A DNA stretch of 64,000 nt, taken from NCBI GenBank assembly GCA_030679255.1, contig JAUXTO010000025.1, positions 8,719 to 72,718 on the forward strand, read 5' to 3'. Numbering within the stretch: the stretch's first letter is position 1; each line of letters starts with the position of its first letter. The position numbers were made by a program, and so were the translations under genes. The notes under the pieces were generated by a model. The model made no database searches. It had not been told where the DNA came from and saw only the letters and a program-made list of their open reading frames with translations. The stretch comes from Candidatus Gottesmanbacteria bacterium (GTDB lineage: Bacteria; Patescibacteriota; Microgenomatia; UBA10105; UBA927). Of the stretch, positions 27,886-36,682 are shown one piece after another.

Positions 27886-28311
27886 ATGGAGACAATGAAA
27901 AAGAAACCGGTAAATAATAGTTTTTTCATTTTTTTTGGCAGTGTCGCGTTCATCGTGACAGCGGTCGTCGCAACGGCAATCCTCAACCGCACGAGCACTA
28001 CTACAACCTCCCAGGATGTCCGTGCCCGGGCAAGTGTCACATCGCTCATGCGTCTGACGGCAATTGTCGAGTCTATCGATGAATCAAAAAGTTTGGTCAT
28101 CGTCAATGGATTACAGTTTATGGGAAGTACACCCGAGGGGCTGCAGAGCGTCGCAAGAAATACGGGAGGCCTTTGGACCGTAACGATTTCGGCAGGTGTC
28201 AATCTTGGTACACTTCGCCCCGGGTCCCGCGTAGAACTTCAAGTTAACCCGTCGTCGTTTAATATAGCACAGAAAAGTTTAACAGCTGCCGCCATTACTG
28301 TTTCGCGCTGA
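27886..28311 (+). CDS. Hypothetical membrane-anchored protein
   Basis: METMKKKPVNNSFFIFFGSVAFIVTAVVATAIL (TM) followed by a T-rich linker. The antisense ORF is less plausible. Confidence 0.45.
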   Translation: METMKKKPVNNSFFIFFGSVAFIVTAVVATAILNRTSTTTTSQDVRARASVTSLMRLTAIVESIDESKSLVIVNGLQFMGSTPEGLQSVARNTGGLWTVTISAGVNLGTLRPGSRVELQVNPSSFNIAQKSLTAAAITVSR

Positions 28312-29740
28312 TCCGTACTCCTTCCGGTGTATCTTCGATCATGTAGCCTTTCTCTTTAATTATTTTTCTCACCGCATCGGCATCTCCAAACTTTTTCTCC
28401 CGACGATATTCTTCACGCTGATCCGATAGATTTTGAATTTCTTCCGGAATTTTTTCCTGAGTCCTACGTCCTACATCCTGAGTCAATCTCAGTCCCAACG
28501 CTTCGTCAAAATCCAAAAGCAGATCATACTTATCGGTACTAGGAATATTGGACTTCGCGACTTCCCACGCGACGGCCAACGCTTGGGGCATATTAAGATC
28601 GTTCCCGAGCGCCTGATCAAACTTCTGTCGAAAACCATCCACCTTTTCCAATTTTTCATTTGATAATGTATTTCGATTGGAAATTGGAAATTGGAAATTG
28701 GACATTGCGGCGCGAAGCTCTCCTAATGCGTTCTGCGCGCCGGATAGCGCTTCCCACGTAAAATTCATAGGTTTTTTATAATGCGCAGTGAAATAAAAGT
28801 ATCGAAGTGCCAACGGATCAAATCCTTTGGCGATTACATCGTCAACCGATACGATGTTTGCCAAGGATTTACTCATTTTCGTGCCATCAATCATCAGGTG
28901 TCCGTGATGGATCCAGAACCGCACAAATTGTTTACCCGTCGCCCCTTCACTTTGTGCAATTTCATTGGGGTGATGGACGGCCATGTGTTCCGTGCCGCCG
29001 GTATGGATGTCGATTGTATCCCCCAGATACTTCATCGCCATCGCCGAACACTCAATATGCCACCCCGGGAATCCATCGCCTTTACCCTGACGTCCCGGAA
29101 TGGGAAACGGGCTCTCCCAGTGCATGACGTGATCCGCAAACCGGCCAACGCGTTTGAACCAAAGCACAAAATCCGCGGGATGCTTCTTTGCTTCGCCGGT
29201 GTTAATATCATCGCGTACCGCTACATTTTTCTCCTCAAGTTTTTGGCCAAATAATGAGCCGTATCCGGGAAACTTCGTCACGTCAAAGTACACCGCTTCC
29301 GGCGTATCGTAGGCGATGCCCTTTGCCAATAGTTTTTCGATGAGAGCAATCTGTTCAGGCACATGCTCAGTTGCCTTACATATTACGGTGGGGCGAAGAA
29401 TGCCCAGCTTATCCATCGAATCGTAAAAATTTTTGGTAAAAAACTCCGCTACCTCCCACACGGTCTTCCCTGTTTTCTTCGCTCCCTTTTCCAGCTTGTC
29501 CTCTCCCTCATCCGCGTCGCTTACCAAATGCCCTACATCCGTCACGTTTTGGACGTGGGTCACGTCATACCCGAACCGCGTGAGCACGCGACGTAGAATA
29601 TCATCACCCACATACTTTCTCCCGTGCCCGATATGAGTATAATCATAGACCGTCTGACCGCACGTATAGAACCCTACCTTTGGAGGGTGGAGAGGAACAA
29701 ATTCTTCAAGCTTTTTCGTAAGCGAGTTATAAAGTTTCAT
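28295..29740 (-). CDS. cysS: Cysteinyl-tRNA synthetase
   Basis: HIGH ([10 protein letters not shown]) and KMSKS motifs. A 7-bp tandem repeat x4 at 28676-28707 encodes [10 protein letters not shown]. Confidence 0.9.
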   Translation of the reverse strand: MKLYNSLTKKLEEFVPLHPPKVGFYTCGQTVYDYTHIGHGRKYVGDDILRRVLTRFGYDVTHVQNVTDVGHLVSDADEGEDKLEKGAKKTGKTVWEVAEFFTKNFYDSMDKLGILRPTVICKATEHVPEQIALIEKLLAKGIAYDTPEAVYFDVTKFPGYGSLFGQKLEEKNVAVRDDINTGEAKKHPADFVLWFKRVGRFADHVMHWESPFPIPGRQGKGDGFPGWHIECSAMAMKYLGDTIDIHTGGTEHMAVHHPNEIAQSEGATGKQFVRFWIHHGHLMIDGTKMSKSLANIVSVDDVIAKGFDPLALRYFYFTAHYKKPMNFTWEALSGAQNALGELRAAMSNFQFPISNRNTLSNEKLEKVDGFRQKFDQALGNDLNMPQALAVAWEVAKSNIPSTDKYDLLLDFDEALGLRLTQDVGRRTQEKIPEEIQNLSDQREEYRREKKFGDADAVRKIIKEKGYMIEDTPEGVRISAKQ

Positions 29741-29800
29741 AATTATATTCTTGCTCCATTCTATCACGGAACGAACGAATCACCATCAACAATTGATGCA

Positions 29801-30067
29801 CTAATTTTTGTCACTCGTATCTGTCAGGTCAAGATTGTCTCCAAGCAACACTTCATCACGAAATACCCATGCGTGATAATGACAAAGAACCTCTTTCGCT
29901 GCTTCCTCACTGACTTCTCCCGTCTCATCAAGAATGTCCATATCATGCACATCTTTCACATGTCGCACGGCATTATTCCAACGATACAAAACTATCGGAG
30001 ATGGATTCACCAAATCACCATAAGCCTCAAGTATTTGAGCTGCCATGAGCTCTTTGTGTTTCGACAT
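29801..30067 (-). CDS. Hypothetical small protein
   Basis: Start chosen at MSKHKELMAAQ, which has a perfect GGAGG 7 nt upstream. 88 aa. Confidence 0.45.
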   Translation of the reverse strand: MSKHKELMAAQILEAYGDLVNPSPIVLYRWNNAVRHVKDVHDMDILDETGEVSEEAAKEVLCHYHAWVFRDEVLLGDNLDLTDTSDKN

Positions 30068-30087
30068 AGTTCCTCCCGCCCGTTCCA

Positions 30088-30115
30088 CAAAAAAACCCGC
30101 CGATTGGCGGGTTCG
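30088..30115 (-). terminator. Rho-independent terminator on the minus strand, downstream of the PaaX-like gene
   Basis: Read on the minus strand: cccgccaatcggcggg followed by ttttttt. Confidence 0.6.
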
Positions 30116-30262
30116 TCTTGTGATCCTAAGGAAATTATCCCATGAAGCACACAACACAAACTCCCAATCGGGAGGCCGTTGTGCAACAACAAGATACAAC
30201 GTGTTTCATATGATGACATGCATCCTACCATGACTGACAAGATAAAAACAAGAATCAAAAAA

Positions 30263-31090
30263 TCATGCTAATTTCCCTCCGGTCGGGAGTAGATTAGCAA
30301 CGTTTTGAAAATATGGCTTCACGCGGACGTACGCGATGTCTCCTTTCCATGCAGGCGGTAAAATGGCAAATGGAAGCTGCGGGTCATCTTTGAGGATAGA
30401 AAGAAACTGAACCACTGCCCAATGATCCACGCCATCATCGGTTTCATCAAGCCATGTTTTATATCGATCGTTGAGCGCTTCAAGGTTATAAACTCGGGAA
30501 ATCAGAGCATGGACGTCTTCTTCTCCCACCGCTCCATCTTTACCCACGTCAGAAACGATGATGGTGCCCGAAAGTCCCCGCTTTTGAACAAATGTACGGA
30601 TGAGATCAATCGGATTGTACGGTGTAATCCATACGGAATCCTGAAGCCTGCCACAACCAATGCGCTTGATGTACTCCCGCAACATATACCGATCATCAGC
30701 GCGCACCTCCGGAATATCGTAGGTGATCAGATGTAACCGTCCATCCCACACCCGGACCGCATCATACCGGGGAATTACTGAAGCTAAGCGCGCTTTTCCT
30801 GCCTCTGTAATCTTCGGCCAAGATTTGCGGCCGGTAGTCTTGGAAAGATACCCGTACCGCCGGGCGGTTATTATGGCATTTTTTATCACGTCGTAATTGA
30901 CCTCCTGCAAAAATCGATCGGCTGCTGTTATCGCGCGCCATGATTTACCATATGTACCAAACGGCATACTCAATTCCCCAAAGTACGCCATGACCCAGAG
31001 CGTCATATCCACGGCATGAGAAAATACACCCTCGGTGAGCGCTAAAGCCGCACGACTAACCACCCTAGAAATTCTTTTTTTCTTTTCCAT
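30263..31090 (-). CDS. PaaX-like transcriptional regulator domain protein
   Basis: GRLHLITYDIPE...GCGRLQDSVWITP resembles the PaaX C-terminal domain. The gene is flanked by two copies of a roughly 32-bp hairpin repeat. Confidence 0.5.
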   Translation of the reverse strand: MEKKKRISRVVSRAALALTEGVFSHAVDMTLWVMAYFGELSMPFGTYGKSWRAITAADRFLQEVNYDVIKNAIITARRYGYLSKTTGRKSWPKITEAGKARLASVIPRYDAVRVWDGRLHLITYDIPEVRADDRYMLREYIKRIGCGRLQDSVWITPYNPIDLIRTFVQKRGLSGTIIVSDVGKDGAVGEEDVHALISRVYNLEALNDRYKTWLDETDDGVDHWAVVQFLSILKDDPQLPFAILPPAWKGDIAYVRVKPYFQNVANLLPTGGKLA

Positions 31091-31409
31091 ACTCCCAACC
31101 TACGACTTTTTATAAATCTTGTCAATTTTCCTCCGGTCGAGAGTAAATTAGCATGATTTATAAAAGAACTACTACAGGCTTGACAAACTCTCTCTCTCTC
31201 TGTAAAATCCTCACTATAGGTCATACAAGCCCCGCTCTTTGCTGCGGATTTTTTGTTGATCTACCAGTCTTATTTGCACTTTGACAGGTTGCGGAAAGTT
31301 GAGCTCTTTTCAAAGGGCGAAATCCTGAGCTGAACCGAAGGAACGCTCCTCTTCTTTCCATTGGATAGCGTTTTTGGCATGCATTACTCGTGCCTGATAC
31401 GCTATCGCA

Positions 31410-31808
31410 ATGGAGATAGAAAAAATAAAAGTAAGCTTAAAAAAGGAGATTGCAATGAAACCAGGAACACAAGAAGCAACGGAATACGCACGAATCTACA
31501 ATATCGAACCACAAAAGGAAGAAGAGGCGGATGCTGACTTTCGCGGTCGCGTCTCAGGCGTTCTACGAGATCGAAATTTGATCATCGAAGCGCACGAAGC
31601 GTTCAACAATGAACGCTTTGACCAAAGCGACGATGTCATGACCGGCATCATGGGCGCAATGGCGCAAAAGTTGCAGAACGCTGACTACGGATCCGAAGGC
31701 GAACGGCAAGTCGATGATGACTTTGCCGCGGGCATCGTTGTCCAAGCGCCAAAAAAGGATGCCAGCATGGCACTCCTTTCGCTCATGCTCTTTGGAGACA
31801 AACGATAA
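31410..31808 (+). CDS. Hypothetical acidic protein
   Basis: 132-aa ORF with AGGAG before an internal MKPG start. No family recognised. Confidence 0.4.
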   Translation: MEIEKIKVSLKKEIAMKPGTQEATEYARIYNIEPQKEEEADADFRGRVSGVLRDRNLIIEAHEAFNNERFDQSDDVMTGIMGAMAQKLQNADYGSEGERQVDDDFAAGIVVQAPKKDASMALLSLMLFGDKR

Positions 31809-31917
31809 CAATTTTCCGCACCACCGTGCAAAACCCCCGACGAATTTCATTTGACTGACGCATATTTTGTGTCGACAACAGTCAAGTGACGTTCCCGGGG
31901 GTTTTTATTTATCCCCA

Positions 31918-32142
31918 TTACAACAGCTTCTGCAGGTCTTTTGGCATAAGATTAATATCAGTCAGAATGGATCGAAGTAATCCTCTGCCAATGTCACGGC
32001 CTGAGTGAAACGGTACGACCGTTGTCCGGCCGTCTGCATGCTTAAAAAAGAAATGGCTTCCTTCTTGGCGAATATTTATAAACCCTACGCGCTTCAATAT
32101 TTTTATCAGTTTTCGGGCCGTAAGCGTCGGCAATTGGGTCAT
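31918..32142 (-). CDS. hicA: HicA family toxin
   Basis: LIKILKRVGFINIRQEGSHFFFKHADGRTTVVPFHSGRDIGRGLLRSIL is the HicA signature. Confidence 0.8.
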   Translation of the reverse strand: MTQLPTLTARKLIKILKRVGFINIRQEGSHFFFKHADGRTTVVPFHSGRDIGRGLLRSILTDINLMPKDLQKLL

Positions 32143-32435
32143 ATGAATTGCGGTGCGGGGACAAATACATCGCGGATACCCACAAAACCAGATGCGTTCT
32201 TATGGGGAAAATCTATGCTGTCGCGATACTGTTGATCATTTTGTGCAACATCAAGACAGAGGCTAATTGCTTCCTCTATGTGCTCTACTGCTTCTTCGTA
32301 CGTATTTCCTTGACTATGACATCCGGGGATGGCCGGACAATCCGCAACGAACACACCATCTTCATCCTGCGTCATAATAACCTTAAAATTTAAGATATTT
32401 GTCATAGATATATACTCCTCAAGGCATTGTATCAT
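32139..32435 (-). CDS. hicB: HicB family antitoxin (UPF0150)
   Basis: DEDGVFVADCPAIPGCHSQGNTYEEAVEHIEEAI. It overlaps hicA by 4 bp. Confidence 0.8.
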   Translation of the reverse strand: MIQCLEEYISMTNILNFKVIMTQDEDGVFVADCPAIPGCHSQGNTYEEAVEHIEEAISLCLDVAQNDQQYRDSIDFPHKNASGFVGIRDVFVPAPQFI

Positions 32436-32482
32436 GCAACTACTCCGTTGACAAAATAACTATCTGGGCCTACCATGATCAC

Positions 32483-33343
32483 ATGACGACAAATTCATCT
32501 TCAAGCGGTATTTTATCATCTCTTACTTCATCGTTCCGTCTGATTAAAACAATCGCCCTTATCATCTTCGGTCTGTTCATCTTCCGTTCAACGCTCATCT
32601 TTGTCCCTGCCGGACACGTGGGCGTTGTCTACGACAGCGGTCGGGGCGTCCTTCCGCAATCGATGAAGGAAGGCCTCAATTTCGCAATCCCCCTCTGGCA
32701 AAAGATCACACTCTTTGATACCCGGCTCCAGGAATACACCATGTCTGCGTCGCCGGACGAAGGAGCGCTCCGGCGCGATGATTCTCTTGACGCGCCGACC
32801 AGCGACGGACAAACCGTCAAGGTAGACGCGACCGTCCTTTTCAAAGTCAACGGCGAGAAAGCACCGGAGATCCTGAAAACAATCGGTGAAGATTATGTGG
32901 ACAAGATTATCCGTCCCTTTAGCCGGAGCCAAATCCGCATGGTCATCAGCCGCTATACCGCTCCTGCTATTTACTCCGAGAAACGCCAGGAAGCGGAAAC
33001 CACGATGACCAAGGAGCTCGGCGACATGTTGGAAGGGAAATACTTGATTTTGGATAAAGTATTGCTTCGTGCAGTATATTTTTCCCCGGAGTACTCCAAG
33101 GCAATCGAGCAAAAAGTCGTCGCCGGGGAGCGCGTCAAGCAGGCAGAATATGAAGTGAAGGAGGCGACCCAACGGGCCCAGGCAAAGATAGCCGAAGCCA
33201 AAGGACTGGCCGAAGCACAAGCACTCCAAAAAGCATCACTCACTGCGGAATATCTACAACTGGAAGCCATCAAAAAGTGGGATGGGAAACTCCCCCAGGT
33301 GACCGGGGGTTCCTCACCATTCATCAATATTCCTTTGAAGTAA
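32483..33343 (+). CDS. SPFH/band-7 (prohibitin/HflKC-like) membrane protein
   Basis: An N-terminal TM helix, an SPFH core, and a coiled-coil A/Q/E-rich C-terminus. Confidence 0.8.
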   Translation: MTTNSSSSGILSSLTSSFRLIKTIALIIFGLFIFRSTLIFVPAGHVGVVYDSGRGVLPQSMKEGLNFAIPLWQKITLFDTRLQEYTMSASPDEGALRRDDSLDAPTSDGQTVKVDATVLFKVNGEKAPEILKTIGEDYVDKIIRPFSRSQIRMVISRYTAPAIYSEKRQEAETTMTKELGDMLEGKYLILDKVLLRAVYFSPEYSKAIEQKVVAGERVKQAEYEVKEATQRAQAKIAEAKGLAEAQALQKASLTAEYLQLEAIKKWDGKLPQVTGGSSPFINIPLK

Positions 33344-33841
33344 TTAGTCTTGTCGTACGTTTCTTCCGACTTCGGTCGTATTCTTTTTGGCTTTCATGCC
33401 GTACAGGTCCCCGCGCTTACGTTTGGATGAGACGGCGGCAAGTTGTTGCGTGCTTGCTTGTTTCTGCTGCTGTTTAGCAAGTTCTTTCTTTTGTTCGGCT
33501 TCCTGCACTTGCCTCTCCCACACGCCCGGCTCTTTCTGCTTTTGCCCGCCCCCCGCAAGTTGAGCAAGTGCCGCGCGGGCAACTGCTTGCTTAGCTTGTT
33601 GGTCTTTGGCTGCTTTCATCGGGTCAAGCGGTCCTTTTTCCCCGCTCTTTTGGTCTTGTCCAGCGGAGCTGGATCCCGCTCTGCGGGATTGCTGTGGCTT
33701 TTTACCCGATGATACCCCCAAGCTCTCCATTGCTTTCCCCACGACATCCTTGGGGACGGCAACCGCCTCGCGGATAATATTTTTCCCAAGCTCCCCAAGC
33801 TCATCCGTAAATGCCCCGATCATGCTTCCAGGGTTAGGCAT
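33344..33841 (-). CDS. Hypothetical low-complexity (Q/K/A-rich) protein
   Basis: A 165-aa ORF. It may not be a real gene. Confidence 0.35.
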   Translation of the reverse strand: MPNPGSMIGAFTDELGELGKNIIREAVAVPKDVVGKAMESLGVSSGKKPQQSRRAGSSSAGQDQKSGEKGPLDPMKAAKDQQAKQAVARAALAQLAGGGQKQKEPGVWERQVQEAEQKKELAKQQQKQASTQQLAAVSSKRKRGDLYGMKAKKNTTEVGRNVRQD

Positions 33842-33857
33842 AGTATTATTCGTTCAT

Positions 33858-33933
33858 GTCACTCCCGCGAAGGCGGGAGTCCAGAATTTTCTTGAATTGT
33901 TTAACACTGGATCCCCGCGTACGCGGGGATGAC
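33858..33933. repeat. Family 2 multi-hairpin element, intergenic copy in opposite orientation
   Basis: gtcactcccgcgaaggcgggagtccagaattttcttgaat...tggatccccgcgtacgcggggatgac. Confidence 0.75.
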
Positions 33934-33945
33934 AACACTAAATCT

Positions 33946-34248
33946 TCAAAATCCAAGTTGTGCCTTCGCTTCCTCCGTCATACGGTCCATACTCCACGGC
34001 GGCTCAAACGTAAGTTCTACTTCCACACGTTTGACGCCTTTCAATTTCCCAACCTCCTCGCGGATCGGGCCGGCAATCAAGTCAAAGAGCGGGCATCCGA
34101 TGGTCGTGAGCGTCATGAGAATCCGGATCGTGCCCACCTTTTTGTCTATCCCAATCTCATAAATGAGCCCCAGGTCCCAAAGCGACACCCCTATTTCTGG
34201 GTCCGGAATGGTCTTCAAAATTTTTTCTACTTGTTTTTGGGTAATCAT
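33946..34248 (-). CDS. DUF59/MIP18-family Fe-S cluster assembly protein (SufT-like)
   Basis: IPDPEIGVSLWDLGLIYEI...TLTTIGCPLFDLI...PPWS. Confidence 0.8.
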   Translation of the reverse strand: MITQKQVEKILKTIPDPEIGVSLWDLGLIYEIGIDKKVGTIRILMTLTTIGCPLFDLIAGPIREEVGKLKGVKRVEVELTFEPPWSMDRMTEEAKAQLGF

Positions 34249-34257
34249 ACAGAATAA

Positions 34258-34385
34258 GCACCAAGCATCAAATCACAAATTCCAAACAAATTCCAATATC
34301 AAAATTCTAAATTCTAAACGTTTTGAACATTGGTGCTTAAAACCTTGATATTGTTTGTAATTTGGTGCTTGTGATTTGGTGCTTA
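34258..34385. repeat. Family 3 long imperfect hairpin element, second copy
   Basis: gcaccaagcatcaaatcacaa...ttgatattgtttgtaatttggtgcttgtgatttggtgctt. It shares ttgatattgtttg exactly with the 15003 copy. Confidence 0.7.
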
Positions 34386-35036
34386 ATATTCCCTTCTCCC
34401 TTCCAACGCCCGAGACAAGGTAACTTCATCAGCATACTCGATATCCGCCCCGACCGGCAGACCACGGGCAAGCCGGGTAATATTGAGCTTGGCTGGTGGC
34501 TGACCCGCTTCGCCGGAGCTTGAGCGAGGCGAGTAGCTGATGGCTGAAAGCTGTTTTTGTAAATACATCGCCGTTGCTTCCCCTTCCATGTTCGGGTTCG
34601 TCGCAAGAATAATTTCCTTAATTCCTACGTCCTGAGTCCTCAGTCTTTTCAAAAGGTCCGCAATATAAATCTCGTCCGGTCCGATATTATTGAGTGGATC
34701 AAGCGATCCATGGAGGACATGATACAGGCCTTTATACTTTCCTGTTTTTTCAAACGCTAAGACATCCGTGGGCTGTTCAACAACACATATGATAGATGGA
34801 TCCCGCGTCGCATCGCTACAAATGCTACAAGGATCCGACTCCGCGACATTTTTGCATACTGAACACAAAACGGTGTTTAATCGAAGAGTCCGTAAGTTTT
34901 CCCCAAAACTCTCGAGCTCACTTTGCGGGACATGCAAAAGATAAAACGCAAGCCTCGTCGCCGACTTCGGCCCGATACCGGGCAGCTTTTGAAACGATTC
35001 GATGAGACGCGAGAGAGCTTTGGGTAGAAGTGCCAT
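34383..35036 (-). CDS. recR: Recombination protein RecR
   Basis: An HhH N-terminus (LPGIGPKSATRLAFYLL), a C4 zinc finger (CSVC...CSICSD) and a Toprim domain. Confidence 0.9.
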   Translation of the reverse strand: MALLPKALSRLIESFQKLPGIGPKSATRLAFYLLHVPQSELESFGENLRTLRLNTVLCSVCKNVAESDPCSICSDATRDPSIICVVEQPTDVLAFEKTGKYKGLYHVLHGSLDPLNNIGPDEIYIADLLKRLRTQDVGIKEIILATNPNMEGEATAMYLQKQLSAISYSPRSSSGEAGQPPAKLNITRLARGLPVGADIEYADEVTLSRALEGRREY

Positions 35037-35045
35037 ACTGCGATT

Positions 35046-35960
35046 TTACTTGATCATTGAAGCAATAGCATCCGCGATAAGTGGCGCGACAGAAATAAAT
35101 CGAAGCTTGGGAAACAATTTTTCTTTCGGCAATTGGATCGTATCCGATACGATAAGCGTATCAATGGGAGCCGTGGATAGTTTCTCCTTTGCCTCCCCGG
35201 CAAACACCGCATGAGAAGCAAGGACCGTGACGCTTGCGGTTCCGGCCTCTTTGAGAGACTCAGCGCTGTGAGCAATTGTTCCGCCGGTTGAGATGACATC
35301 ATCGATGATGACCGCGTCCATTCCTTTTACATTTCCAATGATTTCAAATGATTCGCTGGTATCATGCCGGTCCAAAAACCGCTTTTTTTCCATGACGACC
35401 ATGGGAACATCGAGCGCATAGGCCAGATTTCTCGCCCGTTTGACCCCGCCCACATCCGGAGATACCACGACCGGGCGGGCGAGCGATAATTTTTTGACTT
35501 CCTCGGTTAATACGTCCATGGCCGTCACATGACTCACAGGAATTTGAAAAAACCCGACGATCGCATCGTTGTGAAGATCAACCGTGATCACCTCTTTGTA
35601 CTTGCTCACCTCGATAAACTTGGCTATCACCCGCGCACTGACCGGTTCTCCAATTCGATGTTGCTTATCCTGACGGGCGTATCCCATATAAGGAATGACG
35701 GCAATCATATTGCGTGGTGCACTCCGCCTGATCGCATCCCCCATAAGGGAAAGCTCCATGACGTGCTCATCCATGGGGTACGAGAGCGATTGAATAACAA
35801 ATACTGTTTTATCCCGGACATCTTCCTGGATCCATGGGCGCAGTTCGCCATCGGCAAACCTGCTTAAATCCACCTTCCCGAGGGTCGTGTGGAGGAGTTT
35901 GGCCACTGCTTGAGCCAGAGGAATATTGCTCGAGCCGGAGAAGAGAAGAAAATCCTTCAT
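35046..35960 (-). CDS. prs: Ribose-phosphate pyrophosphokinase
   Basis: A PRPP-binding loop (VIIDDVISTGGT) and the N-terminal Prs domain. Confidence 0.9.
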   Translation of the reverse strand: MKDFLLFSGSSNIPLAQAVAKLLHTTLGKVDLSRFADGELRPWIQEDVRDKTVFVIQSLSYPMDEHVMELSLMGDAIRRSAPRNMIAVIPYMGYARQDKQHRIGEPVSARVIAKFIEVSKYKEVITVDLHNDAIVGFFQIPVSHVTAMDVLTEEVKKLSLARPVVVSPDVGGVKRARNLAYALDVPMVVMEKKRFLDRHDTSESFEIIGNVKGMDAVIIDDVISTGGTIAHSAESLKEAGTASVTVLASHAVFAGEAKEKLSTAPIDTLIVSDTIQLPKEKLFPKLRFISVAPLIADAIASMIK

Positions 35961-35965
35961 TACAA

Positions 35966-36682
35966 TTATCCTAACAAAGTTAGTACCCGCTCGTCCATGA
36001 GGGAATCCACGACCAGATCGGCGCCTTCCTTAACCAAATCATCATGCCCATGAGTCATTCCAGTTGCGACCCCGATGGTTGTCGCTCCCACATGCTTCCC
36101 GCATCGGATATCGTAAATTGTATCTCCAATGATGACCACGTCGCGCGGCACGAAGGATTGGGCAAAATACTTCGTGGCTTTGGCAACGGCGTGACGGGCG
36201 AGCTCATTCCTGTCGTTTACATCATCAGCAAATGCACCAAAAGAAAAATACTCCCGCATGCCGGCGTGATCGAGCTTAAACCATGCGTTGATTTCAATGT
36301 TTCCCGTGATAAGTCCCAAGGCATGATCGTTCTTCGTATACAGAAGTTGCACGAGCTCAAGCGCTGCAGGATGCGCATGGTACAGTATTTCACCGCTTTC
36401 TACAGACGCTTTTAGCGTGTCATGGAACACCTGTCGGGCTTTGGAAAAGTGAGCATCAAATACTGTGTCATCCGTGACCCCTGCATCGCGGGCAATCGAG
36501 CGCAATACATTCCGATCGACCCCTCCGTTGTAGCGGTGTGTTTCGATTTGAAAATCTACTTCTTTGCCGTATACCTCTTTTATCACCTTGCCGATGCGGT
36601 GTTTCCAGTGTTGGACACTGTTACTCGTCGTCTGGACGAGCGTCCCGTCGATGTCAAAGAGGATAAGTTTGTTCTTCTTCAT
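35966..36682 (-). CDS. HAD family hydrolase
   Basis: LILFDIDGTLV is motif I. Start chosen at MKKNK. Confidence 0.7.
   Translation of the reverse strand: MKKNKLILFDIDGTLVQTTSNSVQHWKHRIGKVIKEVYGKEVDFQIETHRYNGGVDRNVLRSIARDAGVTDDTVFDAHFSKARQVFHDTLKASVESGEILYHAHPAALELVQLLYTKNDHALGLITGNIEINAWFKLDHAGMREYFSFGAFADDVNDRNELARHAVAKATKYFAQSFVPRDVVIIGDTIYDIRCGKHVGATTIGVATGMTHGHDDLVKEGADLVVDSLMDERVLTLLG

Noticed and set aside
31258-31409. Structured-looking leader (nested inverted repeats gatagcgt...acgctatc) upstream of ORF 31410, considered as a riboswitch
   Set aside because: No recognisable riboswitch consensus could be matched by eye. It would need a covariance-model scan.
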